Shown in pieces: positions 15,601 through 28,497 of a DNA stretch of 64,000 nt (positions within the stretch are counted from its first letter, which is position 1; each line of letters opens with the position of its first letter). This DNA is from Antechinus flavipes. Taxonomy: Eukaryota. The translations under genes were made by a program, and so were the position numbers. A model generated the notes under the pieces. The model was not told the DNA's origin. It did no database searches and worked only from the letters and a program-made list of their open reading frames with translations. The stretch covers positions 623,844,001 to 623,908,000 of the forward strand of contig NC_067400.1 of NCBI RefSeq assembly GCF_016432865.1. Reading direction: 5' to 3'.

Positions 15601-18207
15601 TCCCCTGCCCCCTCCCGCCCGCCGGACTTGAGCCTGGAGGAAGTGTCTCCGAGTGGCCCGGGGCCCTGTCCCCCAGCCCCTCCCTCCTGGACAATGACCC
15701 CCTCCTCACCTGGAGCTCCCGGTAGTCAGGCCTCCGCTGAGATTGACAGATGGGGACGAGGAGGAAGCCCCCTACCCCGGCTGTCCAGAGGACGCAGGTG
15801 TCCGGGGAGCTGAGTCAAAGGCTTGGGGGATGAGAGCCCAGGTGTCTGGGATGGGGAGGCTGAGAGTGGGCTGGCGGAGGACCCGCTAGTCCGAGAAGCT
15901 GAGCTCCTAGGATGGAGGATGGAGAGGAAGGCGGGGAGGGGACTCAGGTGTCCGGAATGGGGGGGCTGGGAGAGCCAGTTGTCCAAGGGGCTGAGCCTCA
16001 GGACTTGGGGGCCAATGAAGCAGATGAATGGGGGTTGGGGGTTCAGAAAGTGGAGGACTAGAGAATGCAGGAGTCTGGAGAGCTAAGCCTCCGGAATGGG
16101 GGAAGGGGGAGCCGGGGAACCCCGGCGCCGAGCTTAAGTGCCGAAGGAAGGAAGGGGGAGCTGGGCAGTTTGGGGACCCAAGTGCCTGGGCCTGGCAGCT
16201 GAGGGAGAGGGTGCCCCGGGGACCAAGGAGTCTGGGATCGGGGGCCAGGGGATGAGGGGGCCTGGCTGATCCGGCCCGAGAACCGGGGGAGGAGAGAATT
16301 CTGTTCTGCTGCCACTGGGTGATGGGAAGAGCTGGAGAAGGGGAGGGAGGGAGGGAGGAAAGGAGGGAGGGAGGGAACACAGGAGGGAGGGGGAGGGAGG
16401 CAGGGAGGGGGGAGGGCGAGGATTTGGGTATGGGGGAAGGGGGTAAGGTCTGGCTCCAGAGAAGGCAAAGGCAAAGGGAAACTCGGGGATTGGGGGAGCC
16501 TGACAGTGACAAGAAGGGGGGGACCAGAGTTAGGGAGATGGGGGGGAGGGAATGAATGAAACAGAGAGGTGAAGAGAGGAAGAGAGTCAGGAATGGAAAA
16601 TAAGAGAAATGAGAGACAGTGGACGGAAGGGGGAAAGATGAGAGAACAGTGGAGGGAGAGGAGGAGGGACAGGGAGAGATGGTAGAGTGACAGAGATAGG
16701 AAGGAGATGGGGAGAGATTGAGGAAGAAATGAGACAGGAAGCGAGAGACAGGAGAGACAAGCGGGGGAGGGGGAGAGACACAGGAAGAGGGGCTGCAGCT
16801 GCAGCTGCCTAAAGCACATGGGGGGGCCGGACCCTCGGAACTCCCCATGGGGAAGTGGCCAAGGTCACCAGAGAGGGGAGAAGGGGGCACGAGCCCCCCT
16901 CCCCCATCTCCATCTTCCCCTGTAGCAACATCTCTCCTTCCCTTCCTCCACCTCCTCCTGTCCCCATGGCAACCGGATTCAGGCCTCAACCGGAAACAGA
17001 GTGGGGGCCCTTTAAAAGGAGGACCCCCCTTACATCTCCCTCTCCCCTCCCCCAGCCGCTGCTCCAAACCCTCTCCTCATCCTCTTGAATCCAGGAGCAG
17101 AGAATGGATCTGGGGGATCCTTCCCCGACCACTGCAGGACCCCCAGACTCAGCAGGAAAGAAGGAAGAGAAGCAGGGGGGGAGGAGGAAGGGAGGGATGT
17201 CGCTCTTAAAGTGACCAAGCTTAGCTCGGCTTGCTATTAGGGTCCTGCGCTTCACGGGAAGCCAGGTCTCCCTGGAGAGCTCGGTGGCCATCAGGCACCC
17301 AGAGGAGGGGGGCTCTGGGGCCTCCCCCCCCGCCCTCCAGGTCCCAGACCGTGCTGGCAGCCCCCTGCTGGCTCACTGGGCTTATTGGGAGGCGGGAGGA
17401 GCGATGGGGCTTCGAAAGCAGTCCAGTCCCAGGATGGGAGACCCGGGAGAGAAGCTTTGTGGGTGCTCAGCTCAGCCCTCTCCTTCTCCAAAGGAGGAAA
17501 CTGAGGCAAAAGAATGAGTGGGCTGAGGCCCTCTGGGGAATATCAGAGTATCACGGAAAAACAATTAGATTTAAAGAAGAACCTTGGAAAGTATGAAACC
17601 CAAGCCTTTCTTTTTCAGATGGGGAAACTGAGGCACGGTTTATCAATAAACCTTCATTTATTGTTGTTCATTGCGTCCAACTCTATGTGACTCCGGGAGA
17701 AGAGCCCCTGGGATGCTTTGCCATTTCCGTCTCCCGTGTGGCCCCTTAGAGGGATGAAGCGACTTGCCCGGGGCTGAATTTGAATTCAGATCTTCCTGAC
17801 TCGGGGGAAGAGGTGTCCTATCCCCTGCACTGCCCGGCTGCCCTCAACCTTTATCAAGTGCCTGTGATGCGCCCGCCCGCCGATGCTGAGTCTGGCGAAA
17901 CACAGTCAGTGCCCGCCCTCCGGATCTTCCAAGGAGAAAAGCCCACTAGGAAGCGTCAGTCCCGGAACACAGCCCAAGAAGGGAGGCGCACGGGCCCTGT
18001 CGTTTTATGGATGCTCCCCAGCCAAGGGGCAACGGGGGAGGGAGTGGGCTCCTGGAGCACAGGCAGGGAGGGGCAAAGAGGAGATAAAAAGGGAGGGCTT
18101 GGAAGAAAAACATCTCGGGGTCGTCCAGTACAGAAGCCCCGAGCATTGTATTTGCAGCCTCAGAGAGGCTGACCAGCTCAGGTGAAAAGCAGAGCCCAGA
18201 GGGATGG

Positions 18208-18448
18208 CCAAGAGAGCCCCATCCCCCCAGAGAGCCCCATCCTCCCAGAAGGCCCCATCCCTCAGATGGCCCCATCCCCCCAGAGAGCCCCATCCCCCCA
18301 GAGAGCCCACCCCCCCGCATAGCCCCATTCCCCCAGAGGGCCCCATTCCCCCAGAGAGCCCCATCCTCCCAGAGAGTCCCATCCTCCCAGAGAGCCCCAT
18401 CCTCCCAGAGAGCCCATCCCCCCGCATAGCCCCATCCCCCCAGAGCCC
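18208..18448. repeat. 18-bp minisatellite
   Basis: CCATCCTCCCAGAGAGCC-type units, about 13 copies. Confidence 0.9.
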
Positions 18449-18603
18449 TTTAAATGTCGGCCCAATTCTTTCAGTTTCCAGAGGGGGAAACTGAGGTGTG
18501 GAGAGGAGGATGAGCCCGACCTTCCCCAAGCCCAGGCAGCCGGGCCCATCCTGACTCACTCCCGCCCCCTCCGCCATGCAGACACCCAGTGTTTGAAATA
18601 GAG

Positions 18604-18609
18604 TTTATT
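18604..18609 (-). terminator. Putative poly(A) signal of CACNG7
   Basis: AATAAA on - strand, 1.1 kb after the stop, at the end of an AT-richer patch. Confidence 0.6.
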
Positions 18610-19704
18610 GAAGTTTCTGTTGGTATTTACATATGATACATAGTAAGTAACAGAGTCACCCCCCACCCTGGCCCCTGGCCCACTTGGGCCCCCTCCCCCC
18701 AAGCCTCATTAAAAACCCGCGGCATAATGGCGGGTTAACTGATGCCCTGCCCCCCGCTTTCCCCCCTCCCCCCAAAGATGCAGACTAAAAGCCCTGGCCC
18801 CACCACTGGGGGCCGTCTGGTTCATAGTACATAACTTTGCCCCCTCCGGGCCCCTGCACCCGCCCCAGCCGTCCCCAGAGCGCAGACCCCCTAAGAGGGC
18901 CGAAGTCTGGAGTCGAGCAAGGGGCAGGGGCGGAGGTGCCGAGGAGGCAGAGGCGGAAGACTCGGAGGTTTGGGGGGCCATTAGGCCCCGCTACTGCCCC
19001 TGCCTTGGGGGAGAGGAGCGAGGAGGGAGGGGACCCAGGCGTCCGGGTCAGCCTGGCAGCCTCCTTCTCTCCCCATCCCAGGGGGGCCTCTGGTGTGGAA
19101 AAGAAAGAAAGGTGGAAGAAAAAGAGACAGACAAGATTTCCAGTAACATAAGGGAGGGACAGACTTGGGGGGGAGGAAGAAGGGGGGCCAGGTGACCCAG
19201 GGGCAAGGGGAACGAGAAGGTCAAGGTTAGCAACCCGCCCCTGCCAGCTCCTGACTGGGTAGGAGGCCGCGAGGGGGAGGGGAAGGGCGGGGGGAAGGGG
19301 CAGGGGCGCCGGGGAAGAGGTGCCTATAGCTGGATGGACCCGGGAAAATCAGGGTCAGGGTGCTGGGGGAGAAAGGACCCACAGGCTGGAAGATGGCCCG
19401 CGGTCTGGTTCTATGAGGAGCTGCCTGACATTGAAGATACCCAAGAAACGGGGCGGGGGCGGAGGGGCAGGGGGAGGGAGGAAGGGGGGAGGAGTAGCGG
19501 GAGAGAGGAGGGGGACTGGAGAAGGGGAGGAGACTAAGGGAAGGAAAAGGACCAAAGGGGCCGGGCTTCGGAGAAGGGCAAGGAACTGGGAAGAAGGGGA
19601 AAGGCTGAGGAGAAAGGACCGGGCTGAAGCGGGGAGTAGAAGGGGGGCCTCGGGAAAGCGGAGGAGAAGGGGAGGGGCGGGGCGGGGCGGGGCGGCGCAG
19701 CCCC

Positions 19705-19962
19705 TCAGCACGGCGAGGTGGAAATGTGCATGTGGTCCGGGTACTTGATGGCGGGAGGGTAGTTCTGTGTCATCTGGATCGAGACGTCGCTGGAGATGTC
19801 CGAGGGGCTGCGGCCTCGACGCCAGGCCTCGGGCTGGAGGAACTGGCCCGAGTAGTCGGAGCAGTCGCTGAGCCTGGGCCTGTAGAAGGCCGGGTGAGGC
19901 CGGTACATCTCTTCCTCCGCATAGCGTTTGGTGAACAGGTAGACGGACATCACGCCGGCCCC
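19705..19962 (-). CDS. CACNG7: CACNG7 coding exon 5 (258 nt)
   Basis: GAGVMSVYLFTKRY...HMHISTSPC*. Confidence 0.95.
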   Translation of the reverse strand, partial: GAGVMSVYLFTKRYAEEEMYRPHPAFYRPRLSDCSDYSGQFLQPEAWRRGRSPSDISSDVSIQMTQNYPPAIKYPDHMHISTSPC

Positions 19963-21141
19963 CTGTGGGGAGCCGTGATCCGGGACTAAGGCCCCAGCTT
20001 CTCTCCCCAAACCCCACCCCCTCCAGCTCTAGCCCCGCCCCTCGGAGACCCAGGGACCCCTCCCAGCTCTAGCCCCGCCCCCTCAGAGACCTAGAGATCC
20101 CTCCCAAAACCCATTCCCCACTCCCCAGCTCTAGCCTCAGGGACCCCTTCCCAGCCCTACCGCCCCCTCGAGGATCCAAGATCCTCTCCCAAAACCCATT
20201 CCCTTCTCCTCAACTCTAGAACCGAACCCTCGAGAGACCCAGGGACCCCTCCCCTTCCCAAGCTCTAGTCCCGTCCCCTCGAGGATCCCTACGTTCTCTC
20301 TTGAAATCCATTTCTTTCCCCAACTCTAGCCTCACCCCTTTGGGGATCTAGGGTTCTCTCTCAAAACTCATCCCCTTCCCCAAATCTAACCCTGCCCCCT
20401 CGGGGATCCTGGGTCCCATTCTCCTTCCCCAACTCTAGCCCCGCCCCTCGGAGACCCAGAATCCCCAGCTCAGCCCCACTCTCTCAGAACCCCAGGGTCC
20501 CCTCCAAGCCCTTTCCTGCCTTTTCGACTTAGGGCCCCAGATATGTAATATGGGGGGGAGATCGGGAAAAAGGCTTCCAGGCCACCAGAAATCCCAGCTT
20601 CCAGCCCTTTCCCACCTCTTTCAGCAGGAAGGAGGAGGCCGCAAAGGCGAAGGACCAGCCGTAGCGATAGTGGAAATACTGCTCCGAACCGCTGGGCCGA
20701 TTCATGACCTCGTCATTGATGCTGGAGATGTAGAGGACTAGGCCCACCACAAGGGAGAGGCCTGCCCCGGAAGGAGGAGGGCTGCTCAGCCGGCTGTCCC
20801 AGAGCTGGCTCCGGGAGGCACCCCTGATGGGTCCCCCCCATCCCCAGGGCCCTGGTGGGCGCCTTGCGCCAAACAGCCACCCCCATTTACCTCAGCTGCA
20901 GGTACTCCCTCTCCTGGGAAGGGGGCTCTTTCCACCCTCCTCCCTCCCCAGTCATACCCAGACACACACTCCCCCTTGGCATAAGGCTTAAGGCTCCCCT
21001 TTTCCTTATCTCCCCTACTCTGCTCCTCCAGCACTGGATTGAAAAGAGTCAGGGGAGCTCAGTAGAGATTCATCAAATGATAGAATTGGACAGACAGCTT
21101 AGAGATACCTTGGCCAGGAGTTCTAAATATTGTGTGTGTGT

Positions 21142-21174
<33 letters not shown>

Positions 21175-23937
21175 ACATGATTGTGTGTGTCTGAGTGTGA
21201 TTGTGTGTGTCTGAGTGTGATTGTGTGTGTGTATGTATATGAATGTGATTGTGTGTGAGTGTGGTGTGAGTGTGATTGTGTGTGTATGAATGTGATTGTG
21301 TGTGAGTGTGAGTGTGATTGTGTGTGTGAATGTGAGTGTGTGTGTGTATGAATGTGATTGTGTGTGAGTGTGAGTGTGTTTGAGTGTGATTGTGTGTGAG
21401 TGTGAGTGTGTGAGTCTGTGTATGTATATGAATGTGATTGTGTGTGTGGTGTGAGTGTGATTGTGTGTGAGTGTGATTGTGTGAGTGTGTGTATGTATAT
21501 GAATGTGATTGTGTGTGAGTGTGGTGTGAGTGTGATTGTGTGTGTGTATGAATGTGATTGTGTGTGANNNNNNNNNNNNNNNNNNNNNNNNNNNNNNNNN
21601 NNNNNNNNNNNNNNNNNNNNNNNNNNNNNNNNNNNNNNNNNNNNNNNNNNNNNNNNNNNNNNNNNNNNNNNNNNNNNNNNNNNNNNNNNNNNNNNNNNNT
21701 GTGTGAGTGCGTGTGTGAATGTGATTGTGTGTGTGAATGTGATTGTGTGTGTGGTGTGGGTGTGATTGTGTGTGTGAATGTGATTGTGTGTGAGTGTGGT
21801 GTGAGTGTGATTGTGTGTGAATGTGTGTGTATGAATGTGATTGTGTGTGAGTGTGGTGTGAGTGTGATTGTGGGTGTGAATGTGATTGTGAGTGTGAATG
21901 TGATTGTGTGTGTGAATTTGTGTGTATGAATGTGATTGTGTGTGAGTGTGATTGTGTGTGTATGTATATGAATGTGATTGTGTGTGAGTGTGATTGTGTG
22001 TGTGTATGTATATGAATGTGATTGTGTGTGAGTGTGGTGTGAGTGTGATTGTGTGTGTATGTATATGAATGTGATTGTGTGTGTGTGATTGTGTGTGTGT
22101 ATGTATATGAATGTGATTGTGTGTGAGTGTGGTGTGAGTGTGATTGTGTGTGTGAATGTGATTGTGTGTGTGGTGTGAGTGTGATTGTGTGTGAATGTGT
22201 GTGTATGAATGTGATTGTGTGTGAGTGTGATTGTGTGTGTGTATGTATATGAATGTGAGTGTGTATGAGTGTGAGTGTGTATGTGTATGAATGTGAGTGT
22301 GTGTGTGTATGACTGTGTGTGTGTAAGAGAGAGATGGGCAGTCTGGCAAGTCCACAGACCCTTTCTGAGAATCAAGTTTTTAAATAATTGAAGGCACTAA
22401 ATTTCAATCAGAGATTAGGAAAAATAGAAATATCTTTTTTTTCCCATTCCGGTTCATGGATTCCCTGAAATGTATCTACGAGCCTTGAGGAGGAAATCTT
22501 GCTCTGGCCGGTCCCTTTCCTTGGCGTGAAGTCCAAAGGAAAAAGGGACTTCTAGATCACACAGGAAGCTTAAGCTCCCCCAAACCAAGGGCAGAAGCAG
22601 GAGGGTCCCGAGGAGCCTTTCTGTGCAAGGCCTCCCTCATCTGGTCCTCCCCCACCTTGATTTTGCAGAGAGGGAGGCTGGACCAGAAACGGACCGGAAG
22701 GCTCGGGGACCCACAGCCGGCGCCACTGGTACGTTGAGCCTGGTCTTCGCTTTCCAGAGCCGAAGAGGGGTCCTAGGCAGCCAGTCAGGGGTGGGGCGCA
22801 GGCCCCCAGACTCTGAGGCTGGCCTCTCTCGGAGGCCTTACAGCTGTCCGGGGGACCCTGGAGGGGCCCAGAGAGAGCCCGGCCCGGGGCAGAGGGGGGC
22901 AGAGCGGGCACCCAGCGCTCACCTGAGAGGATGAAGAAGATGCCGGACACGAAAGCTAGTATGGTCCTCTGAGGGCGGATGTGGCCAATGTTGCTGATGA
23001 CGAAAGCCGTGAAGACCAGGAAAAGACTCACCATGGGGAACGGGGTGGCGGTGCGGACAGTCTCTAGGGGAACAGGGGGGAGGGGCGAGGGTGAGCCTGG
23101 GAGCCTGCCAGCCCAAGCCCCGCCCCTCGGCCCACAAGCCCCTCCCCCGCCCCTCCACAAAGCCTCCCCCCCTCACTCAGGATGTTCTCGGTGTTCTCGG
23201 TCACCAGGTTAATCTCGGGCTCGAGGAAATATTCCGAGGCCACGCAGCGACCCTTTTCCCGGCCTGCGGGGAGAGAGCGATCGGTCAAACTCGGCCAGTG
23301 CGATGGGCGCCCCTCGGAGCTCTCGGGGCCGCGGGCAAAGGCCAGGGGAGGAGCTGCTTCGAGGAAGGCTCCGCGGGCACGGGCGGGGGAGGGGGCGGGG
23401 GAGAACTGGGGCAGGGGGCACGAGAGAGGCCGAGGCCACAAACGGAGCAGGGAACACCCTAGTGAGGGGCAGGGGGAGGGGAGCCGGAGAAGGGCGCCGA
23501 CGATCCAGGGATGAGGGCAACGTCCCCAAAGGCCTGGGGATGGGGGGGCGAGTCGCCAGAAGGGGAGGGTCTCCAGGGTCCCCGAGAAGCGCGGACTGGG
23601 GGAAGGTCCAGTCAGGTTCCGGAGGGGGAGGGGCTGGGGCTGACAGCGGCCCCACCCCCACCCGGATCCCTGAGGGGCAGGGCGCGGGGTCCCCGAGGGG
23701 GCGGGCCCGGAGCTGGGGGAGGGCGGCCGGGGTCCGGCTACCTGCAAAGAAGCAGACCCTCCAGAGGCCAGCGTGCAGCGCCATCTTGACCTCGGTGCTC
23801 TGATTCTGGGGCAACACCGTGCCCTCCTCCATGTAGAGCCAGTAGTCGGTGCTGACCGCGATGCCAACCAGGAGGAGGCCGCAGGCGCCGAACACGCTGC
23901 TCAGCAAGGTCAGCGCGCGGCTGCTGCACGAGCTCAT
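19705..23937 (-). CDS. CACNG7: TARP gamma-7 (gene span, 5 coding exons)
   Basis: Exons 23937-23742, 23263-23177, 23063-22923, 20761-20616, 19962-19705 total 828 nt (275 aa + stop). MSSCSSRALTLL...HISTSPC*. Confidence 0.96.
20616..20761 (-). CDS. CACNG7: CACNG7 coding exon 4 (146 nt)
   Basis: GLSLVVGLVLYISSINDEV...AASSFLLKE. Confidence 0.94.
21131..22325. repeat. Complex TG-rich microsatellite in a CACNG7 intron (contains a gap)
   Basis: GTGTGATTGTGTGT / GTATGAATGTGA motifs. Confidence 0.95.
22923..23063 (-). CDS. CACNG7: CACNG7 coding exon 3 (141 nt)
   Basis: KTVRTATPFPMVSLFLVF...SGIFFILS. Confidence 0.94.
23177..23263 (-). CDS. CACNG7: CACNG7 coding exon 2 (87 nt)
   Basis: GREKGRCVASEYFLEPEINLVTENTENIL. 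Confidence 0.94.
23742..23937 (-). CDS. CACNG7: CACNG7 coding exon 1 (196 nt coding; acceptor gives exon start 23972)
   Basis: MSSCSSRALTLLSSVFGACG...GLWRVCFFA; donor G|gtagc. Confidence 0.94.
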
Positions 23938-24789
23938 GGCGGCGGCGGCCGCGGGCGGGAGGCGCGCGGGGCCTGCGGAGAGACAGGCGGCCGGGCGGAC
24001 GGAGAGGCGGGAGCGCGGGGATGCGGGGCTGGAGAGCGCCCAGGCGGGCGGCCTGCTCTCCCGCGCTCTCCCGAGCCCCGGAGGCCCTCCCCACCTGCCC
24101 GGGCGGCCGCCACCCGACCCCGGCCCCGACCGCATCCCGGTGTCCCCCGCAGCGGGCTCCAAGCCTTCCCTCCCGGGAGCTGGAGCTCGCGGGCTCGCTC
24201 CCGGCCTCGGAGCCGCCGTCCCCGTACCCCCTAGGATGCAGGCATCCCGGCTCCGAGGCCTCTCCCCCGGCCGGTCCCGGGTGAATAGGAGCCAGGTGTC
24301 CACCCCCGCCCCCTCCACTCTTCCCCCTCTGGGCCCTCGAGATCCCCGCCTGCCTCGTGCCTCGGAATTCGGTGGGCCCGGTTCAGCCCCCCAGCCGCAT
24401 CCCCTCCGGGATCCAGCGCCTCAACCCCTTACTCATTCCAGGGTTCCCGACTAATGGACCCGGGCGTCCGTCCCTCCCAGCTCCTTCCTGTCGGGACTTG
24501 GAATGTCCACTTGCCTCCCGAAGCCTGGACTCGGGGGTCCCTATGTGCCAGGCTGACGGGCCGCCCCCCTCTCCCCTCCCCCCTCTAAATGCTCGGGACC
24601 CAAGAGTTCTGCTCCCTCCTCCTGGCCCTCTCTGCCACCTCCCCAGGACCCAGGCGTTCCAGGATCCTGCTTCCCACCTGGAACCCAGGCTTCCCCTCTC
24701 CATCCATCAATCAGCTGGACTCTCCTCGGGGACACAAACATCCCAGGCTCCCCAGCCCCGTTAGGGACCCCTGGCCTGGCCGGTCTCAC

Positions 24790-25000
24790 CTCGTTCAACG
24801 CTGGGCGGACGCTCGGGGCTCCGGGCTCCGCAGCCGCATGTCCGGCCCCGCGGCCTCCCCGGACCGGCCCCGCCGCTCCCGGCCCCCGGCGTCCCGGCCC
24901 CCGCCCCCCTGGGCTTCTTCTTCCTCCTCGGCCTCCGCTCCGGCTCCGGCCCCGGCTCCGGCTTGCTCTCGGGCCCCGGGCCCAGCCTCCTCCGTCCCTC
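24790..25000 (-). other. CACNG7: Putative 5' non-coding exon of CACNG7 (upstream boundary approximate)
   Basis: Strong donor GAG|gtgaga at 24790/24789 in CpG-rich DNA; matching acceptor tctctccgcag at 23973; CCAAT box upstream. Confidence 0.55.
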
Positions 25001-25056
25001 CCTCCCTCCCTCACTCCTCGTCGGACGGAGACGGGAGCAGGGAGCCCAGGTCTCTC

Positions 25057-25061
25057 ATTGG
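25057..25061 (-). promoter_or_regulatory. CCAAT box upstream of putative CACNG7 first exon
   Basis: ATTGG on + strand immediately upstream of the CpG-rich 5' exon. Confidence 0.35.
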
Positions 25062-26635
25062 CTGCCGAGGAGGAGGGGAGGGAAGCAGGGAGGACGCAGA
25101 GGATGGGGATGGAGAGAGACTGAGACACTGACACAGAGACAGACAGGGACAGGGACAAAGAGACCTAGCCAGAGAGCCGGGAAGAAGGACGCGGAGAGAA
25201 ACGGGATTCAAAGCGATGCAGGGAGACCGGGAGGTTTGCGGAGGGGCGGAGAGGGGAGGGAGCCAGCCAGGAGCAGTGCGGACAGAGAGGGAGCCACAGC
25301 CAGAGCCAGGGTGAGAGAGGGGGGCACGGGTTCCGGGGCCGAGAAGCCGAGAGACAAGAGACGAGAAGGAAATGCAGAGACAGAGACACTCACGGGACAG
25401 AGATACGGGGAGAGAGGGGCCGAGTCAGACACACGCAGAAACACCGGACAGAGCAGCAAAAAGCAGGCCGAGGGACGGCAGGCCAGGCCTGCAGGGACCG
25501 GGGCGGGGGGCGCTGGGTGGACGGAGCCGAGGCCGGGCCGGGTCCTGCAGCCTTCACAGAGCCTGAGTGAGCCCCCCCACCCCCCTCCCGCCCCAGCGTG
25601 ATGTCAGCGGGCCGTCGTGCGCTCCCCCCACCCTTCTCTCTTAAAGGCACAGGGGCCGAAGCTGCTCTCACTTGGCCTGGGAAGGGGGATTCCAGAATGA
25701 CTCCTGAGAGACCCAGGGACTTCTCCACTTGTCCCACCCCTTCGGTGACTTAGGGCTCCTTCCTCAACCTCCCGCCAGACTCCCTCTTGCAGCCCCCTCA
25801 ATGCTCTAGAAACTAGCCCTTGGGGGGGGGGAAGGGAGGGGGCAGGCGCGAAGGGCTTCCTTTTCATTATTGTTACCATTTCAAGAACCCAGGAGATCCC
25901 TTCCCTAGCCCCACTTCCTGACGGACTCAGGAGTCTGGGATCCCGCCCCCTTGGGGACCCAGACGTCTCTTTTCCCAAACCCATCCCCTCAGGCACCCAG
26001 GCGTCCCCTCCCCCAGCCCAGCTTCCTTGGACAATCCAGCCGACATCCCATCTTCAGAGGGATTCAGAGGCTGGACCTCCGCTCCTTGAAGGGGAACCAA
26101 GAGCCCCCTCCCGTCTTGCCGAGCCCTAACAGGGCCCCAGTGTCTGCACTGAGCCAAGGGGACTTGGACATTCAGGGGTCGGCTACTGCTCCCCCGCTCC
26201 CTCCCCCACCCTAGGACTACATTTCCCAGCAGCCCCGTGCAGGTAACCCCCCCCCCCCAACATCTCCTCCACCAAGGGCTGGTAGGAGACAGGATTAGGG
26301 GAGCTGGCCGCAATTGCTTATGGGAAATAGAGTCTGGGTGTAAAGGAGGCGGTTGTGAGGGGGGGGAGGTAACAGTAGCAACGAGTCCGAAAGTGACCCC
26401 TCAGACCCTCCCTCTGTCTCTCACTCACCCTGAGCCTGAATCTTTGCTTCTCTCTCACCATCTCCGCCTCTCTCTGTCATTGTCTCTGTCTCTCCCGGTT
26501 GTAGGTGTCTCTCACTGTTTCACCGTCCAAAGCTCAGCATGTCTCTGTCTCTCATTATCCTTCCCATCTCTGAGCTTGTCTCTCCATCTGTCCTTGTCTC
26601 AGCCTCTTCCCCTCCACCTCTGTCTTTTGGCTTAT

Positions 26636-27500
26636 NNNNNNNNNNNNNNNNNNNNNNNNNNNNNNNNNNNNNNNNNNNNNNNNNNNNNNNNNNNNNNNNN
26701 NNNNNNNNNNNNNNNNNNNNNNNNNNNNNNNNNNNNNNNNNNNNNNNNNNNNNNNNNNNNNNNNNNNNNNNNNNNNNNNNNNNNNNNNNNNNNNNNNNNN
26801 NNNNNNNNNNNNNNNNNNNNNNNNNNNNNNNNNNNNNNNNNNNNNNNNNNNNNNNNNNNNNNNCNNNNNNNNNNNNNNNNNNNNNNNNNNNNNNNNNNNN
26901 NNNNNNNNNNNNNNNNNNNNNNNNNNNNNNNNNNNNNNNNNNNNNNNNNNNNNNNNNNNNNNNNNNNNNNNNNNNNNNNNNNNNNNNNNNNNNNNNNNNN
27001 NNNNNNNNNNNNNNNNNNNNNNNNNNNNNNNNNNNNNNNNNNNNNNNNNNNNNNNNNNNNNNNNNNNNNNNNNNNNNNNNNNNNNNNNNNNNNNNNNNNN
27101 NNNNNNNNNNNNNNNNNNNNNNNNNNNNNNNNNNNNNNNNNNNNNNNNNNNNNNNNNNNNNNNNNNNNNNNNNNNNNNNNNNNNNNNNNNNNNNNNNNNN
27201 NNNNNNNNNNNNNNNNNNNNNNNNNNNNNNNNNNNNNNNNNNNNNNNNNNNNNNNNNNNNNNNNNNNNNNNNNNNNNNNNNNNNNNNNNNNNNNNNNNNN
27301 NNNNNNNNNNNNNNNNNNNNNNNNNNNNNNNNNNNNNNNNNNNNNNNNNNNNNNNNNNNNNNNNNNNNNNNNNNNNNNNNNNNNNNNNNNNNNNNNNNNN
27401 NNNNNNNNNNNNNNNNNNNNNNNNNNNNNNNNNNNNNNNNNNNNNNNNNNNNNNNNNNNNNNNNNNNNNNNNNNNNNNNNNNNNNNNNNNNNNNNNNNNN
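26636..27500. other. Assembly gap (largest of five; others at 21568-21699, 32988-33467, 41331-41781, 49029-49296)
   Basis: N runs; none removes a coding exon. Confidence 0.99.
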
Positions 27501-27949
27501 ATTTAGGGTCTGCTAGTTAGAGGGGAGACCTGGAGTCCGGATAACCTTTCCCAGCAGTCACTAAGCCTTCGTTAAGTGTCTGCTGTGAGCCAGTCACCGT
27601 GCTCCGTGTTGGAGATGCAGCAGAAGGTGATACAGCCTCTGCCCACAAGGAGCTTACAATTTAATGGGGAAACTAACTTGAGACCCAGAAAGCGTCCAAA
27701 GCCTGAAGCCCACCCTCCGTGTGGCCGCCAGTGGTTTTCCTCTATAACCCACAGGTCTCACCCTGCCCCAGTCCTGCTCCCAGGATCCCCCCGTTGCCGC
27801 TAAGGAGCAAACATCAGTGCTCCTGGCTGACATCCGAAAGCCTCGAGCTGCCGTTGCCGCTCTCCCCCTTCCAGAAAAGTTGCCTTGTTCTTATTTTATA
27901 TGTTTGTGTATATTCTCTTCTCCCATAATAAGCACACCACCTCCCTTTT

Positions 27950-28100
27950 CTGTGGCACTTAACGTGTCTCCATATATCATGTGATCCTCACCACCCTCCT
28001 GGGAAGCAGATGCTATTATTATCCCCATTTTGCACTTAAGAAAGAGGAGTCTAAGAGTTTGAGTTCATTGTCCCTGGCAGACAGGAGTGGAACTCAGATC
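27950..28100 (-). mobile_element. MIR/CORE-SINE fragment
   Basis: GATCCTCACCAC...TATTATTATCCCCATTTT antisense core. Confidence 0.6.
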
Positions 28101-28491
28101 TTCTGGGCTCCCGATGCTTGAGCCTCCTTGAGGCTAGCTGCCTCCAGAAGAAACGTAAACAGCGGGAGGGCAGGGAGCGTGTAACGTTTACCTCTGGGTG
28201 GTAAGCCCCAGATCAGTGCCCGGCTCTTAGGAGAGGTTTGAGAAATGGGCCGCCGCCGGTCCGAGCCCCACCTTCCTTTGGCCTGGAACCGGATCTGCGG
28301 CATCCAGGGGTTTTTCTGAGGCCCCAGCGAAAGGGCTCCGTCTCAATTAATTTAATTTTAACATTTAATGTCCTTCCCACTGCCCCTGTTTCTCCCTCGA
28401 GCTCTGTCTGTTCCTCCACTGACTCTTCCTTCCACCTCTCCCTAAGTCAGGACCCAAGCAAACACAAGCTTAGCCAGCATCAAACCCCAAC

Positions 28492-28497
28492 TTTATT
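28492..28497 (-). terminator. Putative poly(A) signal of PRKCG
   Basis: AATAAA on - strand, about 540 nt after the stop. Confidence 0.6.

Noticed and set aside
15907-17067. 386 aa Pro/Ser/Leu-rich ORF
   Set aside because: Low-complexity purine/pyrimidine tract
21059-22375. 410-438 aa His/Thr-rich ORFs
   Set aside because: Translation of a TG/CA microsatellite with an N gap, inside a CACNG7 intron
26237-27520. Long ORFs containing X runs (also at 32.9, 41 and 49 kb)
   Set aside because: Artefacts of assembly gaps
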